Shown: piece after piece, positions 57,601 to 64,000 of the stretch
Position numbering within the stretch: the stretch's first letter is position 1
Layout: each line of letters starts with the position of its first letter
NCBI GenBank assembly: GCA_004431415.1
Contig: QPMI01000648.1
Coordinates: 80,562-144,561, forward strand
DNA from: Cyanophora paradoxa CCMP329
Taxonomy: Eukaryota; Plantae; Glaucophyta
Direction of reading: 5' to 3'
Length of the DNA stretch: 64,000 nucleotides
Translations under genes and position numbers: made by a program
The notes under the pieces: model-generated
What the model saw: only the letters and a program-made list of their open reading frames with translations
Told to the model about the DNA's origin: nothing
The model's database searches: none

Positions 57601-60600
57601 ATGAGCTTCAATTACCCACCAAATCTAGAAACCATTCAAGATGATAATGCAAGCAGCACCAAGCATGTGAACTTTGATAATATTAAAGTAAAGGGTTCAG
57701 TTTCAATTGACCACAGCTCTGATAATTCATCAAAGACTCAATCAAGGGAGCATGCTTTATCTGTGAATCAAACCGATCCAGATAAGGAGGAAGTCAGTGT
57801 AGCTTTTAGCTTGGGTAATGTGAAAGCAAACCAAGTGGCAGAGATCAAAGCAACAAGAAGGAGACCTAGGAAACTAAAACCAGTGGCACTCATCCAGATA
57901 TACCTTCCAGGTTTGATAGTGGTCGTTTGGTTTTCAATGTTCAAGATGAGCAGGGCAAACAGAACACAGCTTTGCGAATTTACAATGAGGGCAGTACTGC
58001 AAAAGCTGAGGTCCCCCAAGTATTGCAAGTGGGTCCCATTGCCAACACAAATCAGGTCTCCTACACAAATGATGTATACCCCAAGGATATTACATATGAC
58101 TTTGCGAGAATGAGCCTTTTGGGTTTTTTACTCCAAAAGATGTCCATCAAAAAAAGCCATCAATTACAATCAACAGTAGCCCCAGTCAACCAGTAGCAAT
58201 CCATTTACACCCTGATTTAGTCGAAATGGATAGGCACCTTTTGCCTTTGTATAGCAATGTGAAAGACCTTGGAATTCGAACCAGGCAATGGCGAAATATC
58301 CATGGCAGCAATGTGTATGCAAATGGGAGAAACTTGTAGTGAGAAAACTCTAAGGGAATAATCGAGCATTATGGTCCCAATGGACCAACAGTCCCATTCC
58401 CTATTCCATTTCCAAATGGACCTCCCGATTAACACCAAAGAAACAGCCTGGAAGAGAATACACAGCAACTGAAGATGTAGCCTTTGGGCAGCATATTGTT
58501 AGTTGGGAGCAAGTTCGCAATAAACCTATAATTGAACCCAGAAAGCAAATAGATGAGCAGTATTTACCTCCTGAAGTCGATATATTAGAGCTTGATGAAT
58601 ATCAATTCGTTCCAGATGAGGAAGAATATTTACCAGATGGTTTTGACCCACAAGAATATGAATATGATCAGTTTGACCCCAATGAGGAGGAGATACTACC
58701 AGATGGCTTAGATCCTCAAGAGTTTGAGTATGAGCAGAACTATGAACCTGATGAGGAGTATTTACCAGATGGTCATGATCCACCAGCTGTTGACTATGAG
58801 CAACCTTATGAACCCATGAGGAATTATTACCAGATGGATTTCGACCTGAGATCTGGGAGTTCTTTCCTGATTATGAACAAATTAATAATAAACCTGCAAA
58901 GTATCCCCAGAGGATCACAATCATGATTGGGATGAGATCTTAGGCAAACCTCAAAAGTATCCACCAGAGGATCACAGGCATGATTGGGGAGAAATTGATG
59001 GATACCTACTGAGTTCCCACCAAGCAAACATGAACATACTTGGGATGAGATCAATGACCAACCAGAATTCGCAAAGTAGAGCCTCTTGATAACTTGGGGT
59101 TTCTCTTTATCAGACTTGTAATGTCCCAGAAAGGATCTTTTTGAATGAACACTATGTTCATGTGAATGGACACTTGCTAATTCAGCTATGAGAGGACCAC
59201 TTCATATTAGGACATTACCAGGCTCTTATAATCCACCACCTGAACCAGGAGCAACCATACCAAATATCTTTGTGTCAAGCTACATGGAGGCTGACATTCC
59301 CACAGATACATTCAGAGTCCCAACAGACCCAGCAACCTACCAAAATTACAACTCTGCTATACAGGTTCATGTAGCAGATGTAAGCAGTTTAGATGGCTCA
59401 AGACCAATGATAGTATTCAGCAGAGATAAATATTCCTACATTCCCATAGTGGAACTGCAAATGATAATTATGGAGAGCAGAGCTTGCATGGATTAAAACA
59501 ACTATGGTGGGGTTCTGGAATCCAATCAGAGGATGGCTGCAAAAAATACACAACGAAATATTTCGAGAGTGGTCACAGAGGATTATTTAGAAGATCAAGG
59601 ATATATTGATGAAGGTGAACTCACAAATTCTTTCTCTTTTTGTGATCAAAAATGACACAAACCTTACAGTCACAAGTAACATTTACACCAGTAACCTTTA
59701 TACAAGTAACATTTCACAAGTAACTGTGGGCAAGTAATATTTATGGAAGTAATCTAGAAGTCGACTATTTGACTGTGAATATTGAGCGAATCTACCAAAT
59801 CATCCTACATCCAATGTAGTTTTAGGTTGGATCGATACCCACACCCACACAAAAGATGAAATAACAGATTTTGCACATGAGCATTTATGGGAGCATATAA
59901 CAGATCCACCATTAACCTTCCCACCCAGTCCCATGGCATTTATGGGAACATATCACGAATCCACCATTAACCTTTCCACCTGATCCACACAGTCATGATT
60001 ATTCCCAGATCACCAACTGCAATCACAGACACCCTTGGAGTGAAATCGATCAACAACCAGTGTTTGCACAGTTGAATGCAATCGGAAATGTTTTTAATGG
60101 AGTCACACTTTACCAATCGAGTAATACACCTGAAAGATTGTATTTGAATAATCATTATGTTAGTCTCAATGGGACTTTTACAGGTCAAACAGGCACTCCA
60201 ATGGAGGGAACTCTTGCAGTAAGATTACCCAGGGATCCAATCGTAAATGGAGTGTATAGTGGCGATTTCAATGTAGGAGTAAACGATACTTTCCCCAGTA
60301 TCTATGTTACGAATTATCACCCAGGAGAAATAGGACAAGTAGCGGATTTTTCAGCAGCTATTCAAATTAACGTAACAGATCAAAGCGCATATGATGGAGC
60401 AAGACCTAAAATAGTATTCACAAGGGAGAAAGTTGTAAACTACCTTCCTGTAGCAGGACAACCCACAGATGATCATGGGAAATGTGAGATTGCATGGATA
60501 AAAACGACATCAGGTGGAGCCTTAGAAGTCAATCAGAGGATGGCAGCAAAAACTTACACAATACAACCCTTTCAGGTGTGGTCACAGATGATTACCTAAC

Positions 60601-63117
60601 CAATAAAGGTATCTTACAACAGCAGATTTAAGCAGCTATGTAACAGAAAGTGAATTGGGAACGACTCTAAATAATTATACAACAGATGCAGAGTTAACAG
60701 CAGCTCTAGGAAATTATTTACCTCTTACAGGTGGGACAGTTAATGGAACTGTAAACGCTACTAGTCTACAAATTGTGGAAACACAATTCCAAAAGGATAT
60801 GATTTCGATCAATTAGATGTAGTATCAACAGATAGAAGCGCAAATAATTGGAATTTGAATTGGTCACCAAGAACAGGACAAACAGGATGTTATACAACAC
60901 CACAAAATGATGAAGATTGTAGCGGTTGTTTTATGAGGTGGACTGTCCCCACAGGTATGAAATCATTTTATATTCAGCATATGCCTTGGTATAATGGCAG
61001 ATATTTTGATATCTATGGTCAGACTCTCAATAACAATCAGCATTTCTTAAAACGTGTAAACGATTATCAAGGAATACAGTCAGTAAATCATGATGGGACA
61101 AATAATACTATCTTGTTTGTATCAATTAATGCGAGTTTTACAAGTATATTTATGTTCAAGGTCGAAAAGGTCGCATTCATCTCACAGGAGTTTTTGGTTG
61201 GAGTAGGCAGAGGCAACAGATAATGATGTTGGTATGATCTCTTGGGATAATGTATTTAGTAAACCTGATTTTGCAGGCACTTATGCAACAAAGGCAGAAG
61301 TCCCTAACGTTTTAGGTGATCTATTGACAGTGAACTCTGTGGACTGGCACAAATCAACAGATAATATTCCAAGGTTTTGGTTTGGTAGTGGTAATACAAC
61401 ATATATTCGAGGGTATGGGAATGGTGAAGGTGTTTCGATTGAATTTAGAAATTCAGGAGATACAGCATTTTGAATCTTATGACAATGGTAACCTTTGGGT
61501 AATAATACCATAACAGCATCTACAATAAATGCTACTACAAATCTCCAAATAAATGGAATGCTGTTCCAAAGCTACACTCCAACGATGGATATGTTGCAGG
61601 GAGTTCTCCACACAATTATTCTGGAAGTTGGACATTTGGGTATGGCTCAGCTTGGGAACCCTATTTTAATTATGGTGGGCATGCATACAATAATGAAGTG
61701 GATGACCAAACCTCTTCCGCTTGGATTGAATACAATATACCCGATGGATTACACACAGGGTCAGCATTTCTGACTCATTACCATGGGCAACACACGAATT
61801 TTCGAGATTTGGGGAATTAATCGACAAGGCAATGCGATTTTCATAACAACTGTCAACAATTATCACCCTTATGCAGGGTCTGCAAATGATAACCATAGTG
61901 GTGTGAATAATGTCCCATCTTCCTAGGAAACCGATTTGTAAGGATTCGAATTCAAGCAAGAATTGGAAGGGTTCACATTATGGGTATTAGTTTCATGAAA
62001 TATGGGTTGGGCATAGCTATGGTGGTCACACTGGTTATATTCATTGGAATAATGTGTACAGTAAGCCAAATATACCTACATCCTATCTATCATTAACAGA
62101 TGTCACCAATTCGATTGGAAACATTACAGGTTTTGATACTTGGAGTGGACATGGTAGTTACAGTCTTTATTATGTTGGATCTTGGACAGGAGGTTGGTTC
62201 CTTCTAACAGTAATCCCATTGATGGATTTTATAGCAACAATGTAGATGATCAAACAAGTTCAGATTATGCACAAATTGAAGTCCCAGCCAATATGAAAAC
62301 ATGTCATGTTCAGTATATGTGTTGGACGAATTGTAGATATTTCGATATTGGAGGTTATCGAAATGGGAGGTGGCACACATTATGCGAGTTAATACATATC
62401 AAGCAGTTTCAAATAATGGAATTCAGATTGGCATGATGGGTTTAACATGGACTTCTTTCTTTGTGATACATTTTCACATATTAGATTTGTTGCAAGGAAA
62501 GGGAGATGTCACATGGAATGATTGGATGGACAAAGAAAAAGGAAGAACAGCCCCAGCAAATGGTTTTATAAGTTGGGATAATGTATATAGTAAAGATGCT
62601 CGCACAACTTGGGCAACCGGAACTTGGATAACATCAGATGAAGGTAATGGGAGAGTTTTTTTCGGTTCATCATCAACTACATACATTAAAGGTTATGGTT
62701 ACGAAATGATCCATTTTAGAGCAGGAAATGATATAACAATGCAAGCTTTTTATAATAATGGTGACGTTTACTTTTGGGGATGGCTTACACAAGGAAGTGA
62801 TAGAAGATACAAAACCGACATTAAAAATATAACCGGCGCCCTTTCAGCAATTGAGAAATTACAGGGTGTGAGTTACAAAAAGATTGGTGATGGAAAACAG
62901 AAAGTAAACTTAGGTTTGATTGCGCAAGATGTCGAAAAAGTCATACCAGAAGTAGTAGGTAAAAATCACGAAAATTATTTGACCCTTGCATACACAGTTT
63001 AATTCCGGTTCTCATTGAAGCAGTGAAGGAGTTATCCAAAAATGCAAAGATTTAACACAAACCTGTGAGAATCTCCAAAGTCAAATAGACCAAATTAAAA
63101 ATATCACAGTATTATAA
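57601..63117 (+). CDS. Fibre/spike region (one or a few genes, heavily frameshifted): acidic repeats, HxH phage-tail repeats, repeated beta domains, C-terminal S74 intramolecular chaperone
   Basis: FPPSKHEHTWDEI, PHTHTKDEITDF, repeated ISWDNV.SK; GSDRRYKTDIKNI..LGLIAQDVEKVIPEVV..LIPVLIEAVKEL. Confidence 0.75.
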
Positions 63118-63422
63118 ATGGCGACCTATCCTCTTGGTGGAACCACCTATTCTACTGAGCCTGTTGCACTTCTTTTGATACAATCACCCTTGTAAACGCA
63201 TTACAAACAGTTTGAAAAACGATTCAGCAAACTAACAAGCTCTCACCAGTTGTAAATGAGTATAAAAACCTCTTGGTTAATGTCCTTGCTCAAGCTGCAT
63301 ATGGTGACCCTGTTGCTAAATACAATGAGTGTGATAACAACATTAAAGCAATGACGTCCAACCTGCAAGTTCTTTCAACTGTTTACCAATCCCTTGGATC
63401 GAATTTAATCACTTTGGCTTGA
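63118..63422 (+). CDS. Hypothetical viral protein (MATYPLGGTTY..., frameshifted)
   Basis: ATG abuts the upstream TAA (TAAATG); coding-like sequence to TGA near 63422. Confidence 0.45.
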
Positions 63423-63461
63423 TGGTAGTTTATTTTTCTTTCCTTCTTAGTAAAAGAAGCA

Positions 63462-64000
63462 ATGGGTGAATATAATCGAGTTCAACTTCCAATATATTCC
63501 CTTGGATCCCTGCAATGCATTTTCGCCAGCATGAAGTAAATGATGAGGTTCGTGGTTTAGAATCCACAGAGAGACCCAATTCCAATGGTAACTCCTTTGA
63601 TAAAGAATTCGATTATTCGAGTTAAAGAGCTGAGAGCTGATAAGAATCAGGTGTGGTTAAAAACAACTCGACTTCTTGTCACAAATGCTAACTTTTTCCA
63701 ACCTACAAATGGAGGTCCTGATGCTTACAGTGTTTGATCTGAAAGCCCTAGATTTCGATAAGAATACTGCTGCTGTTACTGTGAGATCAGGAGGAGCATT
63801 TTATTGGGGGTGGCTGCAGAGTTTCAGGTCAACTCTCATCCTCAATTTCGTATAATGATGTCCCAGATACTCTAGAGCAAAATGTGGAAGACCCAACGAA
63901 TTCGATTATATACTCCTGTCGCACAGCAAGCCATTAATTCAATTTTACATTGGATATACTGTTACTCTTGAAAACTCGGAATTAATTGAAGGAACCAAAA
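63462..64000 (+). CDS. Hypothetical viral protein, partial and frameshifted (MGEYNRVQLP...)
   Basis: ATG preceded by the TAGTAAAAGA motif. Confidence 0.45.

Larger units (their letters stand above)
40497..64000. mobile_element. Endogenous Polinton-like virus / Maverick-like element (at least 23.5 kb; right end outside the window)
   Basis: Abrupt GC-to-AT switch; dense intronless ORFs; rve integrase, pPolB, primase-helicase, A32 ATPase, DJR major capsid and pentons. Confidence 0.95.

Noticed and set aside
40497-64000. Classification as a virophage (Lavidaviridae) or canonical Maverick
   Set aside because: No cysteine protease is seen in the window and I cannot assign the MCP to either group by eye. 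The element is incomplete here, so it is left as PLV/Maverick-like.
40497-64000. Bacterial or phage contamination suggested by the fibre and S74 domains
   Set aside because: The core genes (rve integrase, Maverick-type pPolB, A32, DJR MCP) are those of eukaryotic polintoviruses, and the junction has a structured terminus within a host exon.

Overview
The window has two compartments. Bases 1 to about 40,496 are very GC-rich, intron-dense eukaryotic host DNA, probably from an alga or protist. The short introns, frequent GC-AG donors and gene families resemble the glaucophyte Cyanophora, but that identity is an inference. The host part carries two tandem aldo-keto-reductase-fold genes with substituted catalytic residues, two F-box/LRR genes, a LEA-like micro-exon repeat gene, a 12-kb TIR-like/TIR/NACHT/pentapeptide/WD40 NLR-like gene, a formin, and a cluster of MITEs at 36.2-39.5 kb. 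From 40,497 to the window end lies an AT-rich, intronless endogenous Polinton-like/Maverick-like virus inserted into a host coding exon. It begins with a perfect 29-bp hairpin. It encodes an rve integrase, a pPolB whose proofreading motifs look degenerate, a GIY-YIG nuclease, an AEP-PriCT2-SF3 primase-helicase, two AT-hook-like paralogs, an A32 packaging ATPase, a double-jelly-roll major capsid protein, two head-to-head pentons, a patatin-discoidin fusion, and a 5.5-kb phage-like fibre region ending in an S74 chaperone. Unusual non-coding signals include two copies of an iteron-like palindrome bracketing the INT-pPolB-GIY module, a shared upstream motif on the viral genes, and strong CpG depletion that spares TCG/CGA contexts. 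The right end of the element is outside the window. Spliced-gene boundaries are manual estimates.
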